A stretch of DNA of 64,000 nucleotides from an uncultured Bacilli bacterium (GTDB lineage Bacteria > Bacillota_I > Bacilli_A > RF39 > UBA660). Shown piece by piece: positions 48,357-58,196 of the stretch. The position numbers and the translations under genes were made by a program. Within the stretch, counting starts at the first letter, position 1, and every line of letters starts with the position of its first letter. Under the pieces are notes generated by a model. That model had not been told where the DNA came from. It saw only the letters and a list, made by a program, of their open reading frames with translations, and did not search any database. Location of the stretch: the NCBI GenBank assembly GCA_934101595.1, contig CAKORR010000001.1, forward strand, positions 107,558-171,557. Reading direction: 5' to 3'.

Positions 48357-50030
48357 TTATAATTCATATTTAACTACAGCATCACCGCTCCAGTTACTTC
48401 CTAAAGTCATTCCTGTTGCATCAGCTCTTTTTATAGTAATTGTTGATGCATTAGTTAGGCCATTAAATGCTCTATCATCTATTTTGGTTACACTATTTGG
48501 AATAATGACATTTGTAATTGTTGACTGAGCAAACGCGGCGTTATAAATTTCCGTATATCCTTGGGCAATTTCTAATTTATTAATTTTCATGTTTGTGAAT
48601 GCGCCATTAGCAACTGTTTCATTAGTATTAATATGGCCTAAAATATCATGACCAGTTACATACGTAAATGTTAAATTATTAATGGTTGACCCTTCAAAAT
48701 ATCCTATTGCACTATACTCATTTACAGGGTTAAATATTAATGATCCATAAAGTTCTAGAGTATCAATATTACTATAGGCAAATGCTCCAACACCAATTTT
48801 TATATCACTAGTATTAACTCCAAAATTTAGACTTGTTAGTCCAACTCTTTGAGTTTGTGTTGTATCAAGTTCATATGATGTTTTTCCATCACTTGTCGTC
48901 TCTTTATACATAACATTTGAAAATGCAAATTTTTCTATTTCTTCTAGTTTAGTGGCTTTTGAGAAATTAACACCTTTTATTACTAAAGAAGCACTAACTT
49001 TTGGCGTTTGGCTTACCGTCATTTCACCGTCTTCACTTTCAGGTAAAATATAATATAATCCTTCTTCTCCAGCCGTTGCCGTTTCGGGTACATCAGATTC
49101 TTTAGTTACATAAGTAATAGTTGCTGTTTGATCCTCTTCTGTTAAACCATTTAGTAATGCTTCTATACGTGATCTATTTGATTCATTTTTTACAAGAATA
49201 TAATATTTCATTCCTATGTAAACATCGTTAGTAGAGTCATATGTTGCATTTGATGAATCATTCCACATCATAAAATCAGTTAAGTCCTTTTCTTGTCTAA
49301 ATGCACTTGTTGCTATTTTCTTAACATCTTTTTTATTAACACTTTCAGGAATAACTACATTTTCTCCACATGAAGTATCATATGCGGTAATCACTCCATT
49401 AGAATCTATTGTAAAGCAGTTTTCTGGAGTAGCAACTAAACCTTCATTGTCATTTTTAATTCCTTGTCCACCCGTTATAAATATTTTTCCATTAAATTGT
49501 TTTCCTTGTTCAGTAATAGGTGCATTTTCATCAATCCATATTTTTAGCAAATGAGTCTTAGTGGCATTACCACCTATAGATGCGGTTTTTAATTCTTTTG
49601 ATGATCTATAAGTATCAGGGCCTTCGATATCATTTAAACTACCATATGTTCCTAAAACCTCATTATCTATAGATAGTGCAACAGCACTATCTGACATATA
49701 TCCCGTATTTGCATCCCCATCTACTGATTCCAAACCTATAATATAATTTACGGCATTACTACAATTATTAGTTACCGTAAAAGTGTATCCAGTTAAATCA
49801 TTTTGAGCATTAGCACTAGTCATTGGCCAGCTATTTTCTAAACTGATGGGTGTGCCTTCGCCTACTTTATTAAGATCTAAATCTAGACATGCCGCGATCA
49901 TGCTATTTTTATCTTTTTGAGTTTTAGTTACTTGCCATAAGGCATAAGTCGAAGCAACTATTATTAAAAGAACTAAGCAGATTCCAATAGACATACCAAT
50001 AATTTTATTACGTCTAACACTATTTTCCAT
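48357..50030 (-). CDS. exported surface protein, paralog 3 (TasA-like signal + LRR)
   Basis: 557 aa. N-terminus ...LLIIVASTYALWQVTKTQKDKNS. Shared core CFTIDSNGVITAYDTSCGENVVIPESV. LRR-like C-terminus. Upstream TTGACT-18nt-TATTAT promoter candidate has no homopolymer. Confidence 0.6.
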   Translation of the reverse strand: MENSVRRNKIIGMSIGICLVLLIIVASTYALWQVTKTQKDKNSMIAACLDLDLNKVGEGTPISLENSWPMTSANAQNDLTGYTFTVTNNCSNAVNYIIGLESVDGDANTGYMSDSAVALSIDNEVLGTYGSLNDIEGPDTYRSSKELKTASIGGNATKTHLLKIWIDENAPITEQGKQFNGKIFITGGQGIKNDNEGLVATPENCFTIDSNGVITAYDTSCGENVVIPESVNKKDVKKIATSAFRQEKDLTDFMMWNDSSNATYDSTNDVYIGMKYYILVKNESNRSRIEALLNGLTEEDQTATITYVTKESDVPETATAGEEGLYYILPESEDGEMTVSQTPKVSASLVIKGVNFSKATKLEEIEKFAFSNVMYKETTSDGKTSYELDTTQTQRVGLTSLNFGVNTSDIKIGVGAFAYSNIDTLELYGSLIFNPVNEYSAIGYFEGSTINNLTFTYVTGHDILGHINTNETVANGAFTNMKINKLEIAQGYTEIYNAAFAQSTITNVIIPNSVTKIDDRAFNGLTNASTITIKRADATGMTLGSNWSGDAVVKYEL

Positions 50031-50130
50031 ATATTAACCTACTTTCTATGTTAATAATACAATTAACTCTTTTGGATAGTCAATATAAATTAAATAAATA
50101 AACATTTTTTTACATAAAAAAAGCCCTATA

Positions 50131-51951
50131 TTAAGGCTCAAATTTAATTGTTGCATTGCTACTCCAATTTTCACCTAAAGTCATGCCATCTAGATTTGCT
50201 CTTTTCATAATTATTGTGTCTTTTTCTATAGCACCAGCAAATGCCTTTTCGCCAATAATCTTAACATTTTTAGGCACGACTATAGAAGTTAATAAAAAGT
50301 CGTTTTCACTATCTTCATCACTAAAAACAAATTGATATCCGCCAATTTCGATTAATGATTCTGGCAAATTTACATTTTTTATAAATACGCTTTGAAATGA
50401 TTGTTCACTTATTTTAGTAATGCCTTCGCTTATATTAACAGTTGTAACATAGGATAGAAAAAATTGGCCGCTTAAAACCGATCCGATTACTCCGCCAACA
50501 GTTGTATCATCAACAGTTTTATCTTTATAGTCAATCACAGTATTATCCTTAGATGGTTTAATTGTTAGATTATTAATTGAACTCATACCAAATGTTTGTG
50601 AATTGTATCCTTTTTCTATAGTGCCTGTAAGCGAATTATAAACTGTTAATTTATCAAGTTTGCTAAACAAAAAAGCCCCCGTACCTATTTTTATGGCATT
50701 ATCATTAGCCCCAAAATTAATATAAGTTAATCCAAAATCTAAAGAATTATCAAAATTATCTTTACCATTAGCAGTTGCCTTATCATAATTTGCTGAAATT
50801 TTATCAAGACCAGCTTCGGTCGTACCATCATAAAGGGTAAATGCATATGGTTCTATTTCTTCTAAGTAAATTGCTTTTGAAAAATCTACTCCTTTAATAG
50901 TAAATATATTGTCCTTATAAGGAGTTTGAGCTAATAAAAATTCATCCTCGCCATTCTCATCCTTGGCAATAATGCCATACTTACCTTCTTCTGTTTCACT
51001 CGCTGTTGTTGGAAGTTCTGATTCGTTATTTATGAAAAAGTTATTTGAGGCTTCTTCTTCAGATACTTTTTTAAAAAACTCTTCTATTCTACTCTTGGCT
51101 TTGTCATTTTTAACTATTATATAATACTTTATTCCTGTAGTCTTATCTTCTTTTTCATCATACACCGAAGAACTTAAATCTTCCCAAAGCAAAAAATCTG
51201 TAACATCTTTTTCTGGTCTAAATGCGTTAGTAGCGATCTTTTTTACTTTGACATTGTTAACGCTTGCAGGTATTACAACCATTTCTCCACAAGAATCATC
51301 ATATTTAGAAATAATTCCATTAGAATCTATTGTAAAACATTTTTCCGGAGTTGCTAATAACCCTGGATTATCATTTAAAATTCCTTGACCACCAGTTATA
51401 AATATTTTTCCATTAAAGGCTTTTCCCTGTTCCGTAATAGGAGCTCTTTCATCAATCCATATTTTTAATAAATGCGTATTGGTTTCTTTTCCCTTGATTT
51501 CAGCAGTTTTTATTTCTTTTGATAAAATATATGTATCAGGGCCTTCGATATCATTTAAGCTATTAAATGTTCCTAACACATCGTCATCAATTGCTAATGC
51601 AACTGCTGATGCACTTAAACTTGCTAGCCTTTCATCTTCTAATGATTCAAGTCCTATTACATAACTTATTGGCGTATCACAATTATTAGTTACGGTAAAT
51701 GTATATCCTGTTAATTCTTTTACGGCATCAACCGCATTCATAGGCCAACTATTTTCAAGGTTAATAACACTACCTTCACCAGTTTTGTTAAGATCAAGAT
51801 CTAGGCATGCCGCAATCATACTATTTTTATCTTTTTGCGTTTTAGTTACTTGCCATAAGGCATAAGTCGAAGCAATTATAATTAGAAGTACCAGAGCAAT
51901 TCCTATAGATACCCCTATAATTTTGTTATGTTTATTATTTTCACTTTTCAT
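50131..51951 (-). CDS. exported surface protein, paralog 4 (TasA-like signal + LRR), driven by a poly-G-containing promoter
   Basis: 606 aa. N-terminus ...LLIIIASTYALWQVTKTQKDKNS. In tandem with paralog 3. RBS TAGGATGG. Confidence 0.6.
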   Translation of the reverse strand: MKSENNKHNKIIGVSIGIALVLLIIIASTYALWQVTKTQKDKNSMIAACLDLDLNKTGEGSVINLENSWPMNAVDAVKELTGYTFTVTNNCDTPISYVIGLESLEDERLASLSASAVALAIDDDVLGTFNSLNDIEGPDTYILSKEIKTAEIKGKETNTHLLKIWIDERAPITEQGKAFNGKIFITGGQGILNDNPGLLATPEKCFTIDSNGIISKYDDSCGEMVVIPASVNNVKVKKIATNAFRPEKDVTDFLLWEDLSSSVYDEKEDKTTGIKYYIIVKNDKAKSRIEEFFKKVSEEEASNNFFINNESELPTTASETEEGKYGIIAKDENGEDEFLLAQTPYKDNIFTIKGVDFSKAIYLEEIEPYAFTLYDGTTEAGLDKISANYDKATANGKDNFDNSLDFGLTYINFGANDNAIKIGTGAFLFSKLDKLTVYNSLTGTIEKGYNSQTFGMSSINNLTIKPSKDNTVIDYKDKTVDDTTVGGVIGSVLSGQFFLSYVTTVNISEGITKISEQSFQSVFIKNVNLPESLIEIGGYQFVFSDEDSENDFLLTSIVVPKNVKIIGEKAFAGAIEKDTIIMKRANLDGMTLGENWSSNATIKFEP

Positions 51952-51973
51952 ATTTTACTACCATCCTATTTTA

Positions 51974-52003
51974 ACTATACCCCCCCCCGGAGCATTTTGT
52001 CAA
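51974..52003 (-). promoter_or_regulatory. promoter with a 9-nt G homopolymer inside the -35/-10 spacer (putative phase-variation switch)
   Basis: Minus-strand reading is TTGACA (reverse complement of 51998-52003), AAATGCTCC, G×9 (plus-strand C run 51980-51988), then TATAGT (reverse complement of 51974-51979). Spacer is 18 nt. The flanks are conserved with the 36107-36137 cassette. Confidence 0.6.
51980..51988. repeat. homopolymeric C9 (G9 on the coding strand) tract
   Basis: Counted directly: C at 51980-51988. Confidence 0.9.
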
Positions 52004-52034
52004 ATAAAAAAACATATGCTTTTAACATATGTTT
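52004..52034 (-). terminator. intrinsic terminator downstream of the TPM-domain gene, abutting the -35 box
   Basis: Minus-strand hairpin AAACATATG-TTAAAAG-CATATGTTT followed by TTTTTTATT, then TGACA. Confidence 0.55.
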
Positions 52035-52048
52035 ACATAAGAAAAATT

Positions 52049-52801
52049 TTAAAAACCACGTGAACTTCCGCCACCACCGGAAGAGCCTCCACCTCCAGAG
52101 AATCCTCCAAATGATGAATGACTAGACGAAGAGTCACTATCGCCAAAGCCAAAGAATAAAGTGTTATTTCTTCTTCGACCACCAGGTTTTTGATTACGGC
52201 TTGCAATAAGGACGATTATAACGAATATAAAAATTATACCCAAGCGAAAGAACACTTCATAATCTACATTGCTTTCTTTTTCTGGACTATCTACAGAGCC
52301 ATCATAATTATAATAGTCAGCCACTTCTTTAAAAAATGCTTTATAACCATTTAACATTCCTTCATTAAAATCATTAGTTTTAAAGTAAGGAATCATATAC
52401 TCATCTTGAAATCTTCCTGTTTTACCATCTGGTAATATGCCCTCTAAACCATATCCAACTTCTACGCGCATTTTTCTTTCTTCCAAAGATAATAACAATA
52501 ATAAGCCATTATTCTCATTCTTATTACCAATCTTGAAATTACGGAATAATTGTGTAGCATATTCTTCCAAACTTGCTCCATTTAAATTTGGTACTGTTAC
52601 TACAACGATTTGAGCTGTTGTTTTACTGGCAAGTGCTACACTATGCTCTTGGATATAATTTTCAGTTTCACTATCTAGTATGTTAGCATAATCATTAACA
52701 TAATAATTTCTTGTTGGAGTAACAGTTTCAAATGCTAAAACGTGTTCTTTAGGAATACATAAAACTACTAAAAAAAGAAAAAAGAATAAAATCTTTTTCA
52801 T
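52049..52801 (-). CDS. TPM-domain (YgcG-like) protein with Gly-rich C-terminus
   Basis: 250 aa: signal peptide, TPM/phosphatase-like domain (...YANILDSETENYI...QIVVVTV...), a TM helix, then a GGGGSSGGGGSS tail. Immediately downstream of lemA, a conserved pair. Confidence 0.7.
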   Translation of the reverse strand: MKKILFFFLFLVVLCIPKEHVLAFETVTPTRNYYVNDYANILDSETENYIQEHSVALASKTTAQIVVVTVPNLNGASLEEYATQLFRNFKIGNKNENNGLLLLLSLEERKMRVEVGYGLEGILPDGKTGRFQDEYMIPYFKTNDFNEGMLNGYKAFFKEVADYYNYDGSVDSPEKESNVDYEVFFRLGIIFIFVIIVLIASRNQKPGGRRRNNTLFFGFGDSDSSSSHSSFGGFSGGGGSSGGGGSSRGF

Positions 52802-52802
52802 T

Positions 52803-53366
52803 TTAGAACTCTACTTTTGGAGCATCAGTTTTACTTTGATCTGCTTCAAAATAAGCTTTTTTATCAAATCCGAACATATTAGCTAAAATATTAGTTGGGA
52901 ATGTTTTAATAGCTGTATTGTATGAAGTAACAGCATCATTATAGTCGCGTCTTGCCGTAGCTATTCTATTTTCAGTCCCCGCAAGCTCATCAGATAATTG
53001 AATAAAGTTTTGACTTGACTTTAAGTCAGGATAATTTTCAACTACTACCATTAATGCATTCAAAGCACTAGTTAACTCGCTATTAGCAGCACTTTTCTCA
53101 GATACAGTATTTGCTTTTAATAAATTTTCTCTAGCTGAAGTAATTTTATTAATTATTTCAGTTTCATGAGAAGTATAACCCTTTACTGTACTAACTAAGT
53201 TAGGTATTAAATCTGCTCTTCTTTCTAATTGGACATCAATATTAGATAATTCTCTATCCACTTTTTCTTTTTTAGCAACTAATCCATTATAACTACCACC
53301 AATACTAGCAATAATAATGATAACGATTGCCACAACCCCTAATAAAATCATTGTTGATTTTTTCAT
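52803..53366 (-). CDS. lemA: LemA-family membrane protein
   Basis: 187 aa with an N-terminal TM followed by ...YNGLVAKKEKVDRELSNIDVQLERRADLIPNLV..., the LemA consensus. Confidence 0.8.
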   Translation of the reverse strand: MKKSTMILLGVVAIVIIIIASIGGSYNGLVAKKEKVDRELSNIDVQLERRADLIPNLVSTVKGYTSHETEIINKITSARENLLKANTVSEKSAANSELTSALNALMVVVENYPDLKSSQNFIQLSDELAGTENRIATARRDYNDAVTSYNTAIKTFPTNILANMFGFDKKAYFEADQSKTDAPKVEF

Positions 53367-53454
53367 AACTCACCTTCCTAAAATAAGAATAACAATACTT
53401 AATTAAAAAAAGAAGACTATTTCTCATTTGTTTACATTTTTAGACATTTTGATA

Positions 53455-53483
53455 ATTTAAAAACATATGCAAAATGCATATGT
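53455..53483 (-). terminator. intrinsic terminator downstream of ileS
   Basis: Perfect 11-bp inverted repeat AAACATATGCA-AAA-TGCATATGTTT with a U-run on the minus strand. TGTTTACAT motif lies nearby (53429-53437). Confidence 0.5.
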
Positions 53484-53489
53484 TTAATT

Positions 53490-56400
53490 TTAAATTTTCT
53501 CGATATCAATTAGTACTTCATGAGAATTTATATCAAGCTTCTCATTTAAATTATCCTTTTTAGAAATTTCAACAGCTAAAGTTTCATCTTTAATATATTG
53601 TTCAAATTCTTTGAATGATTTTTCTATTTCTTGATCAGCATTGTAATATAATTTTATACGATCAACTACATCAAAGTCTTTATTTTTTCTTAATTGTTGA
53701 ACTTTAGAAACGATTTCTCTAGCATTTCCTTCAAGAATTAATTTATCTGTTAATTCAGTATTTAAAATAACAAATAAATTATTATCCATGCCAACATTAA
53801 AGCCTTCTTTATTAGAAATTCTAATATCAATTAGATCACGAGTAATTTCATAATCCTTACCATTTATTTTTAAAGTAACAGATTCACTATTTTCTAGTTT
53901 TTTAATAGAATCTTTGTCTAACTCTTTTAAAGCATTTTGATATTCTTTAATATCTTTGCCAAATACTTTACCTGCCTCTTTAAAGTTCGGTCTAATTTCT
54001 AAATTCATGTATTCATTTAAATCATCATTAAACTTAACATTTTTAACGTTCAACTCTTCTTCAATCAACCATACTAAATCATCAATAATAGCTTTTTTTC
54101 CGCCATCTAAGATAATCTCACTTAAAGGTTGACGAACCTTTATTTTGTTTTCTTCCCTAACCATACGTCCAATCGAAATTAAATCTCTTACTAAATCCAT
54201 CTTTTCTTCTAATTTATCATTTATTAGCGATAAATCATACTTAGGGAAATCTTCTAAATGAACAGATTCTTTGTCAGTCAAATTGGTAAATATTTCCTCA
54301 CTAATAAAAGGAGTGATTGGGGCAATCATTTTTGATAACCCAACTAATACATCATATGTAGTTTTATATACAGCTTTTTTTGAATTATCTAAATCGCTTT
54401 GCCAGAACCTTTTTCTATTTCTTCTAATATACCAGTTAGATAAGTCATTTGAAACAAACTCTGTTACAGCTTTGACAACTTTATTTAAATCATATTCATC
54501 ATAACTATCAGTAACATATTTTAAAAGTTTATTATATTTTGATAAAAGCCACTTATCTATTTCTTCTAAATCATCATATGATACATCACATGCATTAATA
54601 TCAATCTCATCCGTATTAGCATACATAGCAAAGAAATTATAGGTGTTTTTTAGAGGATTAAAGAATTTAGAATATACTTCTTTCATACCATTTATATCAA
54701 ATTTAAGTGGAGTCCATACTGGTGATACGTATGGTAAATAGAATCTTACTACATCAGCACCATACTCTTTAATTGTTGTAAATGGTTCGACTATATTGCC
54801 TCTACTTTTAGACATCTTATGTCCATCTTTATCTTGAATTAGATCATTTACTAATACGCTTTTAAATGGGCTTACCCCTTTTACAAAAACTGAAATAACA
54901 AGTAGCGTATAGAACCAACCTCTTGTTTGATCTATGCCTTCACAGATAAAATCAGCAGGAAACTGAGAATTGAACAACTCTTCATTTTCAAAAGGATAAT
55001 GATACTGAGCAAATGGCATTGATCCAGAATCAAACCAACAATCAATTACATCTTTTGCACGAGTCATTTTTCCTTGACATTTAGGGCATCTTAAATGAAC
55101 ATTATCTACATATGGTCTATGTAATTCAATAGATGTATCAATATCTTCGATTGCAAGATCTACAAGTTCTTTTCTACTTCCAACCATGATACTGTGACCA
55201 CATTCACAAATCCAATATGGAAGTGGGGTTCCCCAATATCTTGAACGAGATATTGCCCAATCTTTTAAATTCTCAAGCCAATTTCCAAAACGCTTCTCGC
55301 CAACATATTCTGGATACCATTTAACTTTTTTATTTGCTTCAATTATTTTATCTTTAATTTTTGTTATTTCAAGATAATAACTAGGTTTTGAATAGTAAAT
55401 AAGTGGTGAATCACATCTCCAGCAATGAGGATAAGCATGAACTATTTTTTGCTTTTTAAATAGTTTATCATTTTTCTTTAAATATTCTATAACTAACTTG
55501 TCGGCATCAAAAACGTTCATACCTTTCCATGGACCGTCTAAATATTTTCCATCTTCTCCTACTGGATTTAAATATGGTAAATTATATTTTTTACCTACGT
55601 TAGCGTCATCTTCACCAAATGCAGGAGCTAAGTGAACAATACCGGTACCATCTTCCATTGTTACATAGTTATCTACAGTTACGTAAAATGCCTTTTTGTT
55701 AACTGATAAGCCAGGAATTAATTGCTCATATTCACTATACTCTAAATCTTTACCTAAATAAGTTCCTAATATTTCATATTCATCTCCTAGAACCTTATTA
55801 GCTAATTTTTTTGCTAAAATAAATTTATAACCTTGAGAAAGAACTTTAACATATTCTTCATTAGGATTTACACATAATGCCACATTGGCAACTAAAGTCC
55901 AAGGAGTTGTTGTCCATACTAAGAAGTAAACATCCTCATCTTTTTTCTTCATAGGAACAATAACTGTTTCTACTGAAACATCTTTATATCCTTGCGCAAC
56001 TTCATGTGAAGCTAAACCTGTTCCACATCTAGGACAATATGGTAATATTTTAGATCCTTCATAAAATAGTCCCTCATCAAAGAATTTTTTTAATATCCAC
56101 CATTCAGTTTCAATATAATCATTTTGATAAGTTACATAAGGATGTTCCAAATCAATGAATTGGCCCATTTTACTAGTCAATAATGAAAAAGCCTTTTCAT
56201 TTTTCCAAACACTTTCACGGCACTTTTTATTAAATTCTTCGATACCATATTTTTCGATATCTTTTTTGCCACTAAAGCCTAACTCTTTTTCTACTTGCAA
56301 CTCAACTGGAAGGCCATGAGTATCCCATCCAACTTTTCTTAATACTCTCTTACCTTGCATTGTTTTGTACTTACAAAATGTATCTTTTAAAAACTTAGCA

Positions 56401-56585
56401 AGCATATGATGTAAACCTGGAAGTCCGTTAGCTGTTGCAGGGCCATCATAAAAAACAAAGTTTTCACAATTTTTTCTATTTTCAATTGTTTCTTCTAATA
56501 TCTTGTTAACTCCGCCCCATTTTTTTAGAATACTTTCTTCAACTTGATCAACAGGTCTTTTGTCTAATTCTTTAAAATTTTTCAT
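53490..56585 (-). CDS. ileS: isoleucine--tRNA ligase (long, type-2-like form)
   Basis: About 1030 aa class I aaRS with a HIGH-region variant (...GLPGLHHMLAKF...) and KMSKSRGN. Size and insertions fit IleRS. The start is set at MKNFKEL (ATG 56583-56585) with an AAAGGA RBS rather than the longer track ORF. Confidence 0.85.
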   Translation of the reverse strand: MKNFKELDKRPVDQVEESILKKWGGVNKILEETIENRKNCENFVFYDGPATANGLPGLHHMLAKFLKDTFCKYKTMQGKRVLRKVGWDTHGLPVELQVEKELGFSGKKDIEKYGIEEFNKKCRESVWKNEKAFSLLTSKMGQFIDLEHPYVTYQNDYIETEWWILKKFFDEGLFYEGSKILPYCPRCGTGLASHEVAQGYKDVSVETVIVPMKKKDEDVYFLVWTTTPWTLVANVALCVNPNEEYVKVLSQGYKFILAKKLANKVLGDEYEILGTYLGKDLEYSEYEQLIPGLSVNKKAFYVTVDNYVTMEDGTGIVHLAPAFGEDDANVGKKYNLPYLNPVGEDGKYLDGPWKGMNVFDADKLVIEYLKKNDKLFKKQKIVHAYPHCWRCDSPLIYYSKPSYYLEITKIKDKIIEANKKVKWYPEYVGEKRFGNWLENLKDWAISRSRYWGTPLPYWICECGHSIMVGSRKELVDLAIEDIDTSIELHRPYVDNVHLRCPKCQGKMTRAKDVIDCWFDSGSMPFAQYHYPFENEELFNSQFPADFICEGIDQTRGWFYTLLVISVFVKGVSPFKSVLVNDLIQDKDGHKMSKSRGNIVEPFTTIKEYGADVVRFYLPYVSPVWTPLKFDINGMKEVYSKFFNPLKNTYNFFAMYANTDEIDINACDVSYDDLEEIDKWLLSKYNKLLKYVTDSYDEYDLNKVVKAVTEFVSNDLSNWYIRRNRKRFWQSDLDNSKKAVYKTTYDVLVGLSKMIAPITPFISEEIFTNLTDKESVHLEDFPKYDLSLINDKLEEKMDLVRDLISIGRMVREENKIKVRQPLSEIILDGGKKAIIDDLVWLIEEELNVKNVKFNDDLNEYMNLEIRPNFKEAGKVFGKDIKEYQNALKELDKDSIKKLENSESVTLKINGKDYEITRDLIDIRISNKEGFNVGMDNNLFVILNTELTDKLILEGNAREIVSKVQQLRKNKDFDVVDRIKLYYNADQEIEKSFKEFEQYIKDETLAVEISKKDNLNEKLDINSHEVLIDIEKI

Positions 56586-56619
56586 AACCATTTCCTTTCT
56601 AAAATAAAAAACACCCATC

Positions 56620-56800
56620 CAAAGGACGAATGTTTCGTGGTACCACCTTAATTATACTCATCTTAATAACGCCATCTAGACGGATTATCTTACACTTATT
56701 TCAGATAATCAGCTCCCAAGTGATTTTAGATAATTTCTTCTTCTTAGTTTTCACCAACCACTAATTCTCTTTAAGAATAGATTACCTAACATGTCTTGTT
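56620..56800 (-). promoter_or_regulatory. T-box riboswitch leader (Ile specifier) upstream of ileS
   Basis: Minus-strand AATTAAGGTGGTACCACG (reverse complement of 56636-56653) matches the T-box consensus AAUUAGGGUGGUACCGCG at 16 of 18 positions. AAAGAGA K-turn-like stem I start (about 56761-56772). GAAAUUAUC contains Ile codons AUU/AUC in the specifier-loop region (about 56728-56737). The terminator region precedes the RBS. Confidence 0.7.
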
Positions 56801-56849
56801 CATTGCTTTTATAGTCATTAGTATATCACAATTTTTTTAAATATCTAGT

Positions 56850-57083
56850 CTATTTTATTAAATCTTTGTAATAATTTAAAACTTTTTTTAATTCTTCTTC
56901 ACTATCTAATTTAGTTATATAGGTCTCATTATCATTATAATCTTTTACTAGTTTTCTAATTTCAATATCATTATCATCATCTACGCTTGCTAATAAAAGA
57001 TAAACCACATTATCAATCATATCTTTTTTCAATTCATAATATTCTTTATCGTTTTCTAACTTTACAACGTTTTTTTCTATCAT
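56850..57083 (-). CDS. hypothetical small acidic protein
   Basis: 77 aa, D/E/K-rich, no motif recognised. Confidence 0.4.
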   Translation of the reverse strand: MIEKNVVKLENDKEYYELKKDMIDNVVYLLLASVDDDNDIEIRKLVKDYNDNETYITKLDSEEELKKVLNYYKDLIK

Positions 57084-57086
57084 GGC

Positions 57087-57869
57087 CTAACTCCTTTTTA
57101 TATCATCAGTATTATGATAAGCTTCTTTTATAACATCACTATAATTAAATTCTACTGTTTTACCATGCTCTATGCCACCCTTAAATTTCTTAGCAATAAG
57201 GTCTTTTACAGTTCTAGCCTTGGCTTCTAAATCTGCAAATGATGAAACACCTAATTCGTGTATGAAATCTTCCATGTTATCCGGGCCAAGTAAAATATTA
57301 TAATCGCTTTTTCCAATTTCAATTATATGATTATAAACAGTCATAGTTTCAAGCTCAGGGTCTACAAATGACTTTTTTTCTAAAAAGTTGCAATATAAAT
57401 GTCCTAATGTTGCTAATAAATAATCTTTATCTTGAAATCTTTCATCTTTAAAATACTCAGTAGCAATTTTACGCTCATCATATTGATATTTTCCGGTTTC
57501 ACCAAAATATACTCGTCCGTCATCTTCATTCACAAAGCATGATTCAATTAAGGATTGAGCATGATTATTAGCTTGATTATTATCATAAGCCATGTAAGAT
57601 GCACCTAATATGGTAAGTGCTGCTAAAGCTGTAGCAAGGGCTTTTAAAAGTTTTTTTCTTATTTCATCCCTGCTAACTTTTCTTTTTTCTGGTTTATATG
57701 TCACTTTTTTTGGAACTTCGTTTTCGTTTCTTACCGAAGATGAAAAGCTATCAAATGATTTATTTTCTTTTAAAAATTCATCATCTTTTCTTGTTATAGC
57801 ATCAGCTATTTTTTCAGTACGGGCATTTAACTCTTTATAGCTTTCAAAAATTTCATTATTCACTTCCAT
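57087..57869 (-). CDS. hypothetical membrane protein (single TM, extracytoplasmic domain)
   Basis: 260 aa with TM ...LLKALATALAALTILGASYMAY... after a ~70 aa cytoplasmic N-terminus. Confidence 0.45.
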   Translation of the reverse strand: MEVNNEIFESYKELNARTEKIADAITRKDDEFLKENKSFDSFSSSVRNENEVPKKVTYKPEKRKVSRDEIRKKLLKALATALAALTILGASYMAYDNNQANNHAQSLIESCFVNEDDGRVYFGETGKYQYDERKIATEYFKDERFQDKDYLLATLGHLYCNFLEKKSFVDPELETMTVYNHIIEIGKSDYNILLGPDNMEDFIHELGVSSFADLEAKARTVKDLIAKKFKGGIEHGKTVEFNYSDVIKEAYHNTDDIKRS

Positions 57870-57896
57870 ATTTAAAGAAGGATTATTAATGTTATT

Positions 57897-58076
57897 TCAT
57901 CTATTTCTATAAATTTCAGATTGATACAAATCTTTCACTATCTCCATTAGTCTAGCTACTTCTTTTTCAGTGGGTGTAATTGGAAATGGTAGCCCTGTTT
58001 CACGTAAATATATTTCTTCTGCTTTGTATCTATATTTGTTCATCATATTTTTTTCTTGATCACTAAACTGGGTCAT
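57897..58076 (-). CDS. small hypothetical protein (59 aa), not in the ORF track
   Basis: Minus-strand ORF MTQFSDQEKNMMNKYRYKAEEIYLRETGLPFPITPTEKEVARLMEIVKDLYQSEIYRNR with an upstream AGGGA-like RBS. Forms an operon with the two downstream hypotheticals. Confidence 0.35.
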   Translation of the reverse strand: MTQFSDQEKNMMNKYRYKAEEIYLRETGLPFPITPTEKEVARLMEIVKDLYQSEIYRNR

Positions 58077-58196
58077 GTTATCCCTACTTTCCTATAAAAA
58101 TTCTACTATTAATATAAAGTTTTGTCAAACCATGTGCAAAGTTATTTACGCATTTTAACAATGTTTGTTACAATTAAGAAAAGGATGGTAGATATA

